Of a stretch of DNA of 64,000 nucleotides, positions 37,900-50,240 are shown piece by piece. The stretch's first letter is position 1, and the number at the start of each line of letters is the position of its first letter. Both the position numbers and the translations under genes were made by a program. This stretch comes from Psammoneis japonica (Eukaryota): the NCBI GenBank assembly GCA_008632985.1, contig QPGO01000002.1:310001-374000 (forward strand), written 5' to 3'. The notes beneath the pieces were generated by a model that did not search any database, was not told the DNA's origin, and saw only the letters and a list, made by a program, of their open reading frames with translations.

Positions 37900-40800
37900 T
37901 CAATAATTGCTGCTTGGTCGGTAGCAGTCTGTATCGAGAGATTGATCGAAAGTTAGGTACAGAAGCGCTTGATGGGCCAGTTTCAAGGATTACAACGTGA
38001 CTTACAATTTCTGTTCTTCACTCCTATCCCCAGGCACCCAGGGACTAGCCCTCTTCCTTTTCGTTCCTTTCGAATGTAGCAACGAAGACCCTTCCCACAG
38101 TCTGCGTTACTCTTGCAATGTCCTGTAAAAGACAACGATGCAATGGAGAGTCAAATGAGAAAGTGATAAATACATGTCCGGAGCAGCATACTCGTCAAGA
38201 GGAGAGACATGTGTTACTCACCTTGACATCGCTGCAGTGGCAACTCAGAAGAGGTATTCAGTACAGTGGGTACTGGCGTGCAGTAGTTTATTCCACGTCG
38301 GCCTTTTCCTTTGCAACCGGGCACCAACTGGAGCGCCGACCGTTCAAAGCATACCTGGTTTGGCTGACAGTCTTGGGTAGACCGACAGTTGCCGGTGCAA
38401 CGTGCGAGGGGAAGTTCATCCGCTGAAGGCTGTTTCGCCGTCAATTTTAATTCCGGCGCATTTGACATGCTCGTGGCATTTTGATTTGTGCCTTGTGAAA
38501 TCGGAATGCCTATTATTTGATTCTTGTCTTTAATCGTCGGAATACTGAGCTTGATTTCCTCTGGTTTTATGCAATAGTCCTTGTTCCACTTTCCCAACCC
38601 GGAACAACCTGGAACGGGATCAAATCCGTCGCGACGAAAGCACGTCAGTCCTGACGCACACTGGCCATTAAAGTCGCAGTCACCTTCACAGACTGCCAGC
38701 TTTGCGCCTTCAGGTGGATCGTTGGATATGAATTTAAGCTCAGGGAATGGACTTGGTGGTGGCGGAGGAGAAACATAGCCCGGATCATGGCAATAATCAC
38801 GGTTGCGCATTCCTTTTCCCTGGCAGCCGGGCACTTTGCATTAAAAAAAGAAAGAAACGCGTCAGGGACGCTTCACGTCGTGTGATCAGATCCAAAAACA
38901 TTTAACAGCCTACCTTCATCGAACGAATCACGCTTGAAACAGACATATGGCTCTTTACAGTCCCTATTGCGGTCACAGTCACCTTCGCAAAGGCCCAATG
39001 ATCTAGTTGGTGGGTTCTCTTCAATGAATGTAAGAACGGGTAGTTCTTTCGGTGGACCTTGCGCAAATGATGGGGCAGGTGTTGGGGACAGAGCTGCCGC
39101 ACCTACTGCCGTTTCATTATAACAGTAATCTTTGTTCCACTTTCCTGCCCCAGAACAACCTGGAACGGGATCGTGTCCGTCACGACGGAAGCACTTCAAT
39201 CCTGACTGACACTGACGATTGAAGTCGCAGTCACCTTCACAGATTCCCAGCTTTGTGCCTTCAGGCGGATCGTTGGATATGAATTTAAGCTCAGGGAATG
39301 GACTTGGTGTTGGTGCTGGTTCTGGTGGAGGAACGTAGCTCGGATCGTAACAATAATCTTGGTTACGCTCTCCTTTTCCTTGACAACCAGGAATGGGATC
39401 GTACGAATCGCGCTTCCAACAGAGGTATGGCTCTTTACAGTCCCTATTGCGATCGCAATCGCCCTCGCAAAGGCCCAATGATCTATTTGGTGGGTCCGCC
39501 TCAATGAAAGTGAGAAGGGGGAGTTCTTTGGAACCTGATGGATTGGGTGCAGTCGACGGTTTTGATGTTGGATTTCCGGTGGGACTCGACGTTTTGGGGG
39601 AAAGTGTAGGAATGGCGGTGGTTACCGATATAGTGGGATTTGGGGTAACGATCTCTGTCGGTGCTTGCGTTATCACGGCAGCCGTTGGTGCGGGTGTGGG
39701 CATGTCAGTATCTTCGAGGGGAGGACCTTGAATTTCAGTTGGCTCGGAAGTACGAACGGAGGATGGAGAAAATGTCTGCTGAGGATCTCCGTGTAGATTG
39801 GTTGGCATGATGGTTGGTATTGGAGTCGGTGATGTCGTTGGAGAAAAGGTTGTCGGAGCGGGCGTTAAATCAGGCGTTGACCATGTTTGTTCAAACACCC
39901 TCGGGCATTTTCCAGGATAGACCCCGCCTTGAACATCAATCGACCAGCGATGCTCACCATCAAGTGGATTCTTGAGCAGCGAAACGATGAGAGGAGGTGC
40001 CGAGTCACTAGATGAAAAGAGAGAAACGGCAATGGGGGTGAGGGTTGGGAAGGGAGGGAGAGCAACGAGAAAAGATAGGAATGACTGACCCATCTTCCAC
40101 CTCAATATCTACCAAATTTTTGTTGCCCTGGTCTCTAATGTTCTTCACACAGAAATCATGCCTGGCAACAAAGAAAAGGAAATCAATGTGAAATTAGAGA
40201 CGTGGTGGCAAAACAAAAGTCCTCTACTGTGAGAACGACGCCACGAAGAATTGTCCATACCCGTTACCGTGCAAGAACATCTATTGGAAGCAGTTTTTGA
40301 GAGAGTGGCAGATTCGTGAGCAGCAGATAGCGCATTCGGTTATTTACTTTCAGAGAGTGCAACGTGATGGACTTACCACTGGCATATGCTGATATTTGGA
40401 GCCGATCAATGTCACAAAGTCTTCTCCAAAGTACCTTCGTCGTTTACCATTGAACGGGGCGTGGGCGAAAATAACTGCTGCTTTCATATCAAAATTGTCT
40501 CCCGAATAATATTCTAATTTGTCCCGGACCCAATGAAAGTTCTGCACCTGTGTTTAGACAGAAAGGGATTGATAATGAGAGGCGCCTGTTGAAAGTATTA
40601 GGGAAATTTTGTGAGACCCTTCTTACCTGACGAACGCTCTCGTCTCCCATTCTTGGTCCTCCTGGATGATTTGCCGAAATGATGGGAGCTCCACGAGTTT
40701 AGTACAGCTACGTGCGAGCATGAACAATGACGCCCGTGAACTAGCATGATTTACCTGGTAAGTTGATCCCCATGAACAACACCTGAAATCCAGGAAAGAA

Positions 40801-41753
40801 CCGATCGTGAGTTCCTTTCTTAAAATTAGCAAATAACGCACCAAATAACCACGAGGTTGAAATACGTACTTCTTCCATATAAAATGCAAAATTCTCACTT
40901 CGATCCACACCTGGCAAGCGAAATGTATTTGAATCTCGTTCTACAGCGACATTATGCTCTGACGAGAGGGTTCCGAATCCATAAGTGTTATTGGGTGACC
41001 CGAAATGATCCATCCACATGCCCCAGGCTTCATCGCGGTTCCCGCAGTCAGTCCATTCATTGTCACCGACAACAAAGAAGACGTCTTGAGGATTGTAATT
41101 GACAGCATTATTTGGATGAGTAAAAATTTCTGCTATGTCATTGTAAGCTTCAACATCGCAAGGTGGGCCTTGAGAAAAGAAAAGAATGTAAAGGATTAGA
41201 CTTGAAAAAAAACTGCAGAAAAAAACTAGAAAATATGGTAATATTTCTCACCATCAATCCCAGATTTGATATCCCCAACGTGGACTAGGAATCGACTCTC
41301 TGTTGGAGACAGCACAGTGTTTCGAAGTTGCTGTTCAATGCGCATAATAGCAACATACGGGGCTGTTGAGCGAGCAGCGAGATTGTTTCAAAGGGGAGTA
41401 CAGCTCCATCAAAGACGAATTTCTCACCTGATTCAGACAGTGCCGTTCGATCTCCTGGTATGGAATGTCGCCTAAAATTCAAGACTCGAATGAGAATTTT
41501 CCAACAACACACGTTTTCGAAAACAATAAGAAGTCTTACCCATGGCTTGAAAACTAACAACGGTCTCCGTCGCAACAGAGTCGTCAAACGTTTTAAGGTG
41601 ACCAATATCACATAGAGGAAGCGTCGGAGCAGAAGTTTGGGTCGACGTTGGACTATCAGTGGTTTCCTGACCATAGATCCAAATGGGACTTTCAACTAGA
41701 ACACAAAACGCCAAGACGACGATTTTGGATACATCGCACAGTCTCATCCTCAT
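37900..41753 (-). CDS. Paralog D: secreted metallophosphoesterase with 6 frustulin-like Cys domains (many short introns)
   Basis: MRMRLCDVSKIVVLAFCVLV. GDIPY / HVGDIKSG / VGDNEWTDC / IFAHA / FLHGNG motifs. CEGDCDRNRDC x2 and CEGDCDFN x2. Confidence 0.85.
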
Positions 41754-42240
41754 TGTTCGCTGTCCTGGCACTGTGACTGAGAAAGTGCCGAGCGCTTTGT
41801 TTATTGCTTTGACGTCGGGCAGCGCTGAGGGGATGAAAGACCGCAAGGTTCATGACACAACAACAAGCTGGCGAAAAACTAGTGAGGGTGATGAAATTAT
41901 TATCGAATTCGGTTCTCGATCATGAGTGTCAAGCAATATCGTTCGTGCGATATCACAATTATGGGCAGGCAGAGTCATGCGTTAAATAGGCTTCAAAGAA
42001 AACGTGTGAAGGGCAATTGAAAATTAAAAAATATAATATTGATTCTTACGAGACAAAATGAAGAAGATGTCCTTCGTCAGTCGTAGTACGACATCCACAC
42101 AAAACTCAACATGCATACTGTACTAACCGACGACGACTCTACTACTGTAGCTAGTTCCCAGCGTGATGAGAAGAAGAGAAGCTCTTTGTAACAGACGGTC
42201 AAACTAGGTAGTCTTATCGTTTAGTTCAGATTTCAGATAC

Positions 42241-44989
42241 TCATGCCTTATCCAGCAATGGATCAAAGCAATAATTTCGCTTTTTGCGGCCGTTGCCAAG
42301 ACACCCTGGCACTTTCTCTACGTTTTTTCTCCATTTACATTTGAGTCGCCCTTCGCATTGTTTATTGGATGCACAATGACCCTCGCACATTTTGAACAAG
42401 ATGTCAGAGGGAGGATTCTTGATTAGTTTTAGCATGGGAGGCTCACTTGAGGGGGCGACAGTATCCTGAACAGAATCGCCAGCAACACCAGGTGGCTGTG
42501 TCGGCGACTTGGTATCGGTTGGCGAAGGCGTAGACAACGACGGCTGTTCAGATGGAAACATGGACGGTGTGCCTGTTGACGTCAGTTCATCAGTTGCGGA
42601 AAGGGTTGCATCTGCTGTCGAAGCCGCTGTGGGTGTCGTAGTCGTCACTGCGGTGGACGCTGCCCCCGTATCTGCTCGTAAACCAATCGCTGAACTCTCG
42701 AAATCTACGTCGTAACAGTAGTTCCTTTTCCTTACACCCTCCCCAGAACATCCCTTTACACTCTCAAGCGCACTACGGCGAAAGCACCTCAGCTTTCCTT
42801 TGCAATGGGAGTGCCTGGTACACGGGCCTTGACAAGCGTCGAATGGTCGAGAAGCCACGTCCGGAATTAAGGTTAGAGGCGGGAGACCTCCATAGTCGAG
42901 TGCTGTCGGCGGGGAAGTTTCAATGAGCGTTGGTCCAGCTGTCGGAGCTGATGATCCAGCTGATGATGGGATCGAGGAAGGGGCATCGGACGGGCTTCGA
43001 GAAGGCACAATGGATGGGCTTTGTGAAGGAGTAGTTGTTGGTGAATCGGTTGTTGATGGTGTAGAGTGCGTCGTTGGAGTCGTTGTTACGGTCCCCGACG
43101 GGCTTGGGGTGGTCGACGTCCTCTTTACAACTTGAGCGTTGAATGTCTTATCAATGCAGTAATTTCGTTTCTTGATTCCCTCTCCATAGCATCCCTTAAC
43201 GGGTTCAAATCCCTTGCGGCGAAAGCATTTTGTGTTCTCTCCTTTACAATCCTCATTGGATTCGCAGTGTCCCTCGCAAACATTGAATGGCTTGTGCCCG
43301 TCTGGATTCTTGTAAAAGGTCAACACGGGAAGATCTTCTTCAAAGACGGGGGCGGCAGTTTCCGGTGGCGGGAGAGCTCCACCAGGATGAAACTCGTCTC
43401 CTTGAGGAGCAACGGGAAGGTCGGGGGTATACCACGTCTTTTCCATTATTTTGGTGCATTGGCCAGGCTTCGGATACAAACCGCCGCGCTGGTCAATTTT
43501 AAACGTAACATCACCTGTGTCAGCATTCTCGAGAACGTCGATTATCAACGGCGGAGCAAAATCTCCAGCCTCTACCTCCACATCGACCAAATTAGGGGTA
43601 CCAAACTCGTCGAGATACTTCACGCAGAACACATGACTGCAAAAAAAAAAGATAGAGCAAAAAAGATAGAGAAATTTGGGACATGCAGTTAGGGTGCAGG
43701 TATTGTTTCGCATGAGACCGCAATCGAAAGAAATCGAACTGTCCCTTGTTTCACTTACCCATTGCCGTGAAGAAACATCACTGGCAACTCTGGGAATTGC
43801 TTTGCCAAATAGCGCTGAAACGGGTTGCCAAATCGTTTCTTTCGTGCTCCATTGAATGGCGCATGAGCAAAAACCACGACCGCTTTCATGCCATGCTCTG
43901 GTAACGAATACTTAGTGAACTTTTCTTTTATCCAATCCATGTTTTGTGTCAATCTGACATCCTCGTCTCCAACTGCTGGTCCGCCAACTAGATTCAACCC
44001 GACAAACAATACTTTATTCATGAAGAAAGCTACGTTCTCTCCGCGGGCGACACCAGTTTGGCCTACCCGATTTGTTTGCCTTTCCACCTCTACCCCCTCA
44101 AACGAAAGCGTACCAATGCCATACGGGTTATCTGGTCCTGCATGGATATTCATCAACATTGAGAGAGTTATTGGTGGAATGAACTACAGTTCAGAGGTGG
44201 AAGTTTGGGGTGGTGTCTTACCATAATGTCGATACCATTTTAACCACGCATCATCGCGATCTTCACAGTCAATCCATTCATTGTCGCCAACTACGATGAA
44301 CACGTCACGAGGGTCGTAGGCTAAGGTGTTGTTGGGGTGTGTCAATATTTCTGCAACGTCATTGTACGCTTCATCATCACAAGGCAGCCCTAAAACGTCA
44401 AAAGATAGGGGATTTCCAATGAGATACAGTAATCCACCATGTACTTGCGGGAAACAGCACTATCTTATGTCACTCACCACCTAAAATGTCAAAAGATCGG
44501 GATTTCCAATGAGATACGGTAATCTACCATGAACTTGTGGGAAATCAGGCTGACAAACAAACAAGGTTTCCCCCATCTTTTCTTACCAATTCCTTTCTTA
44601 ATGTCTCCTACATGTAAAAGAACTGTGGGTCCTTCTTGATCGGGAGGAGTCAAGCTAATCTGTCTCAAATCATGGTTCAGGCAGTAGCGTTCACTTTCAT
44701 AATATGGAATATCGCCCATGCCGATGAAACTAACTAATTTGATTGGGTCATTATCAGAGATGATAGGCTTCAGTGTCCTTGCACTACAGTAAGGAATAAA
44801 TTCCTGGTCGAACGTCGATACATAACTGGAGGGATCGGACAAGCCTCTCAGTTGTGGCGCGGAATAATTTGACAATGTACGTGCTCGTTTGGCATCATTG
44901 CCACTGTTGGCAAAGTCATCCACGCCAAGTGCTTCATCCACACGGTAGGAGACTAAAGCAATCAGCAAAGCCAGGCGCGTTAGGCTCAT
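42241..44989 (-). CDS. Paralog E: secreted metallophosphoesterase with 3 basic frustulin-like Cys domains (multi-exon)
   Basis: MSLTRLALLIALVSY. GDIPY / HVGDIKKG / VGDNEWIDC / VFAHA / FLHGNG motifs. CEGHCESNEDC, CQGPCTRHSHC, CEGHCASNKQC. Confidence 0.87.
44392..44540. repeat. ~60-bp direct repeat at an intron of paralog E
   Basis: taaaa[c/t]gtcaaaagat[a/c]gggatttccaatgagatac[a/g]gtaatc[c/t]accatg twice; the splice acceptor region is duplicated. Confidence 0.8.
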
Positions 44990-45899
44990 CGTGGCTGGAA
45001 CCTCGGCGCTTTCTTCTCGCTTTGGCTTTGTCATCGTCAAAATCAATCGCTCTCACAATATTTGCGTAATATGTGCCTAAGCTTTCGAATGGCACTGGAT
45101 GGAATGGGGCTTAAAAGTCAAATGTCTGACTAGTCGGAATGACTGTGACTCAGTGTGGAATCTGCAAATTTACTTAACTCTTCAGTCATGACAGACATTT
45201 CGATTCCTAATTGTTTCGCCTCTTGGTACCGAGACACCACTGCTTCTGTCTGCCCGCACAGAGTTCGTGGCCCAACGGTTGACCACTAGGCCCTACACTT
45301 TGACCACACTTGGTAAACTGACCTGGTGAAGAACACGCCACCTGGATGCTTCTCTGAGAGCACAGCGTCATGTGCAAACACAAACAAAACAAAGACTTGG
45401 AAGTCAACAAAGTTGTGAGAAGACGACAGTGTGATGAGGTCCCAAACACACCACCCAGCAGCACACACCGAGGCTTGTTGCAAAACGGCTTTCTGGCAGC
45501 AAGTGAGTTTGACAATGCCCTGCATCAGAAAACTGGGTGATCGATGCTGTGCTCTTTTTTTTAAAATTGGGAAATCTAAAGATCATGATGGCAGACCAAA
45601 AAAATTCAAATTGCAGCTTCAGGTGAAAGAAGTGTTGGAAAGGGCTCCAAAGGCAGCGCCTCACAGAGGTGCTTCTCTCACAAGAGAAAGCCCTTGGCCT
45701 GAAACCCAGTGTGCGGTCTGGCACTTGATGGCTCTGCAGAGAGCTTGTGAGATCTCAACAAAGTGATTGGCATGCATTTGAACAAAAGGCGGCAGATTGT
45801 GTGCTCTCACAGCTCAAACTTGTTGAGGGCTCTCAACTTGGCTGCTGGGGAAAGAGCTTTGGGCCACACCATGCTGGGGCACCAGCTTCATCTGGCGCA

Positions 45900-48209
45900 C
45901 TGGCTCTGAAAAGGCCAGCAGCACCAAGAGCTTGTTGACATTTTTAAATGGATTCCAGATCCACATCTGTTGGAAGATTCAAAATCATGTTGCAGTGGAG
46001 CCCCGCCACTCTTTGAGAAATCTTGAGAGCATCATGGTGCGGGAAGCAATGTCGCAGCGGAGCACTGCTGCCACTCTTTGAGAGATCTTGAAAGCATGAT
46101 GTGGGAAGCTGCACACACACTGCACAGTGGGCACTGCTTGTCTCCAAGACTCTGCAGAGGATGAACATGAAGCAAGATGTGCTCAAGATGTTGAGGGCAA
46201 TTTTGGTGCATTTTTTGCTTGCCCACAGAAATTCAGGATTGCACATTTTGAAAAGCAGTGGCCAGCACATCGTCAATGCCAGCTCACTGCAATGCAGCAG
46301 CAGCTGAAAACCCTCACCAGCCAACTCACTGTCATTGTCGTGGGTGCAACCATTTGGGCATGGGCAGCACAACAGCCAGCAATTTTGAAGCTGCCAAGTG
46401 ACGCAGTGCTGCAACATCTTGTTTTCAATTTGAGTGAGTTTGGTCATCACATTTGAAGCCATCATGTCTGACACATCAGCACACTAAATTTGCCAATGTT
46501 CCAAGCCCAAGCTCAATTTTCCAGAGCCCAAGCAAGTCAACAGCAGCTTCAGACCAAGGTGGCAACAACACTTTGCACTGGGGAAAACTGCTGCAGCGAT
46601 GACCCAAAGTTTTCAAATGCTGACAACTGGTGCAGCAAAGTTCTTTGCAATGATGATGCAAAGAGCATGATGTCAAAAAGGTGTGCCAATGCAGAGTGCC
46701 CTCAATGCAGGCCACCTTCAGCATGCCCATGAGTGCTCTAAAAGAGGGAGGTTCTCAGGCTTGCTCTGCTGCAAATGACTGTGTGAGACAGTGCATCAAG
46801 AGGGGGGATCATCCCTGTGGTGTTTGCCTGGAACAGCCGCAGCATTTGAGTGAGATTGTTTGTGGCATTTGTTTTTGAACACAAATGTTGTTGTTTGAGA
46901 ATGTTGTGCACTGTGATCGAAGTGCAGTGAAGATGGCAATCTTGACATTTCTGCAAAATGCAGTGGTCTGTCCACCCACAAATGTTTGGTGTGTGTGAAA
47001 CCTTTGACACACAACAAACATGAAACAGATGAGAGTTGGCAGACAGGCCACCTCCACATCGCAGACTTGTGGTTTGATGTTTTCACCATGGAGCATGGTG
47101 AAATTCAGAAAGAAAAATCATTCAAATCACAAGATGTTTGACCAAATGGAGTCCAACAAAGCCCCAAATGACCCTCCTGGATGACAATGCCATGCAGCAT
47201 TTAATGCTGCACACAGCAGAAGTCTGGAGTTGTGTTTTGCAATTGTCAGAGCAGGCATCAAAACAAGGTTCAAGTGGTTTTGCTTGATCTGTCTTTGCTG
47301 TGATCTGCTGTGTGATTTTAAATTTTTGATGGTGACGTGCTCACTGTCCCAATGAGTCTTGCATGTCAGCTGATGAGGGTGAGCCATCAAAAGACAAAAA
47401 GAGATGGGTGGCACTCAATTGCTTGTTCACAAAGAATGACCAAAAAGCAAAAAATGGCAAATTGACTGGCCAGGGGCAGTCATTCTTCAACCAAAAAGCA
47501 ACTTGAGGAAATTCAAAATAAAATTTGGCATCTTTCATGCACACACATGAAACAAATCAAATGTCAGCTCTGAAGCCCTCAAAAGTCTTTGGGTGCAATT
47601 TTCCACACAAAAAGGACTGCTTGCAAATTTGGTTGTTTGTGATCAGCCCCCCAAACCCCGGCTTTGTCTTGTCTGTCTGTCTCTGGTTGGCCACAGCCAT
47701 GGGGGTGGGTCAAGGGGGGACACACAGACGGATTGTGGAGAATGATCTTAAAATTGACTGCAGTTAATTGCCATTTCTCACATGCTGCCTGTGATGATTG
47801 TAAAAGGCACTTTTGCCATGCACAGTCAATCTGATTGCAAGTGCCATCACCACAATCATGGTTGACTGCAGCTTGATTGCAGAGTTGGTGCAGCTGCCTC
47901 TTGATTGCAACAAAGTGGTGGTTGCTCATTCACAGCAATGCAATGTCTTTTTGCAAACTGGTCATGATTCAAAATTCTGCAATTTGGGAACCCTGAAATT
48001 CTTGAGTGCACACAAAGTGAGACTTTCATGATCCGATGGTGCAGCTGCCTGCTGTCAAACAACATTGGACAGAGTGCTCCAAAACACATGATGACTGCCA
48101 ACAGCTCCTTCTCAACAGTTGAACATCCAGCTCCACCTTGCAACTTGCAAAGCCCTCTTTTTACACTCCAGTCATCAGGAAAGGAGCTTGCGTGGCTGGA
48201 CTTCACAAG
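45900..48209 (-). mobile_element. Old degenerate Gypsy pol remnant (RNase H + integrase)
   Basis: STVEKELLAV (RNase H), CTSCQHLK...PPWSEAAVDLLGLWKI and HDNDSELAGEGFQLLL (integrase), with frameshifts; TA and CG depleted. Confidence 0.75.
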
Positions 48210-48641
48210 TGCAGCATGCCTCGCTGCTGGACAACACGGCGAGACCGTGCATGAGCCTCTTGCACGTGGCAACGTAGTGTTGTCAACACGCACCTGGGAA
48301 GCACGACCACAGGAAGGCGTGGCTCTAGGTCTCAGGCAATTCCAGAAGGATGCCAAGAGAGCATCCGTGTGAAGCACACTGGCCCGTCGTCTGGCCCACG
48401 ATGGCAGCGTGATTCCACACGATGACATCACTCGTGCATGGCGCGTGATGGCTTGATTCACACGATCCACAATGCAAACGCACGATCGATTTGATGCGAT
48501 CCAAATGCGAACGAACAGGGATTTGGCAAGATTCCCCATTTGCACGATCCCATTTTTTCTACTCTAAACTGGCTCACAATTTTCACAACGACAAAGTCGT
48601 AACACATCTTCTTTTTCAGCGCCTGGCACATGCATGGGGCA
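48210..48641 (+). repeat. 5' LTR
   Basis: tgcagcatgcc...catggggca, colinear with 54770-55201 without indels. Confidence 0.93.
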
Positions 48642-48702
48642 CAGCAATGTCACTCCCGCATGTTGTGCGAGGTGACGAAATCTGCAGAAACGAAACTACG
48701 AA

Positions 48703-49779
48703 ATGTTGGCAGGACCGACAAATCTCAAAACGACCATGAAGAAGCAGATTGAGCCGCTGATTCCGTTCGCATGGCCGGAGAAGAAAGAGCTGCAGCAGGG
48801 CGAGCACCAGACGTTCAAGCCACGTGACAACCCTGCTGATCCGGACAGTCCAATGCACGAGATGGGCATCCCGCACCTTTCTACGGCTACATGCGAGACA
48901 CTCCCAATCTTTCCACACAACGTGGATTGCATGCACGAAGGACAAAACATCACGACCGGGCCAGCGAAATTTGCCCTTGTGCGTGACCTGCTGCAGGGCG
49001 ATGCTCTGACGTCATTCAATGATGCCGCTGACAAGCAGGCATCCCAAACCAACACTGCGTGCGCAGCATGCATCGTGAAGCTAAAGCAAAGCATCTTCCC
49101 ACATGGGGCGGCACTGTTGCAGAAGCGTTGTCTGAGGCGCTTCATGCGCAAGCCCGCAGAGGTTTCCACTCGTGACTGTGTCGCGAGGGCTGTTGAAATT
49201 AACGGCCACATCTCTCAGTTTCCACCCGTGACGGAGGATGGAGAAGCACCGGCACCATCACCTGATGACGAACTGTGCGACATGTTCGAGTGCGGTGTGC
49301 CGAGCGCATGGCAGAAGTTCATGACGTTACAGAATTTTGACCCGTTGGCGCATGCTGTCGCCGAATTTGTGCAGTTCTGCGAGCGCATCAAGCAGGTCGA
49401 GCTTGCCGAAGGTAACCAGGACCAACATGCCAAGGTTCCACGCAAGCGGGGACGTAGAACGGACAATCCTGAGTTGTTGATCACGACCCAACGGAACAAC
49501 CAGAAGTCATGCATGCTGCATGGGATCAACTGTGGACATCACACGGAGGATTGCCGTCAGCTTGAGCACCACGTGAAACGTGTCAAGACTGGACATTCCA
49601 ACAACGGAGGCAGCAAGCCCAATGCAAAACCTCAGAATGAGGAAGACATCAATGCTCTTGTCGGATCGAAGGTCGAGGAGTTCTTTGCCAACGCTCAGAA
49701 AAAGCGCAAGGCACGCGAGGAGGAGCTCAGTCACTTCCGCGACCTCAACTTGAGTGATTCCGAAGACTCGGACGCCTGA
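48703..49779 (+). CDS. gag: Gypsy gag-like ORF (mutated)
   Basis: Follows the 5' LTR. RRFMRKP, CGVPSAWQ and the zinc-knuckle-like CMLHGINCGHHTEDC. No Tyr in 358 aa. Confidence 0.8.
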   Translation: MLAGPTNLKTTMKKQIEPLIPFAWPEKKELQQGEHQTFKPRDNPADPDSPMHEMGIPHLSTATCETLPIFPHNVDCMHEGQNITTGPAKFALVRDLLQGDALTSFNDAADKQASQTNTACAACIVKLKQSIFPHGAALLQKRCLRRFMRKPAEVSTRDCVARAVEINGHISQFPPVTEDGEAPAPSPDDELCDMFECGVPSAWQKFMTLQNFDPLAHAVAEFVQFCERIKQVELAEGNQDQHAKVPRKRGRRTDNPELLITTQRNNQKSCMLHGINCGHHTEDCRQLEHHVKRVKTGHSNNGGSKPNAKPQNEEDINALVGSKVEEFFANAQKKRKAREEELSHFRDLNLSDSEDSDA

Positions 49780-50240
49780 GAAGGGGGCCGACACGACACA
49801 GGCAGTTTTAACACATTGGATGAATGTGTGAATGAACAACTGAATTACCATCGTACACGTGTTGCAGGCCAATCCCGCAAACGAGTTAAAAAGACTCATC
49901 TCACTCCAATCTTGTTTGTGGCTGTGAATGCCAAACATGGCAAGGGCAAGACTCAAACCATTGAGGCACTGCTAGACAGTGGCGCCAGCAGCACTCTGCT
50001 CGATGGTCGACACTGCAAACGTCTGCGAAGCCATTCAACGGCTGAGACAAACTGGGCTGCGGCAGCAGGCTCGTTCAGTGCGTCTGACGACTGCACCGTT
50101 AAATTTCGGTTGCCAGAATTATCCGAAACTGCAGAACTTAAACATGCCGTCCACGTGCACAACGGAAAGTTGGGCAAGTACGGTGTGATTATTGGACGTG
50201 ATATTCTGGAGACACAAGGCATTGACATTGTCTTCTCTAA

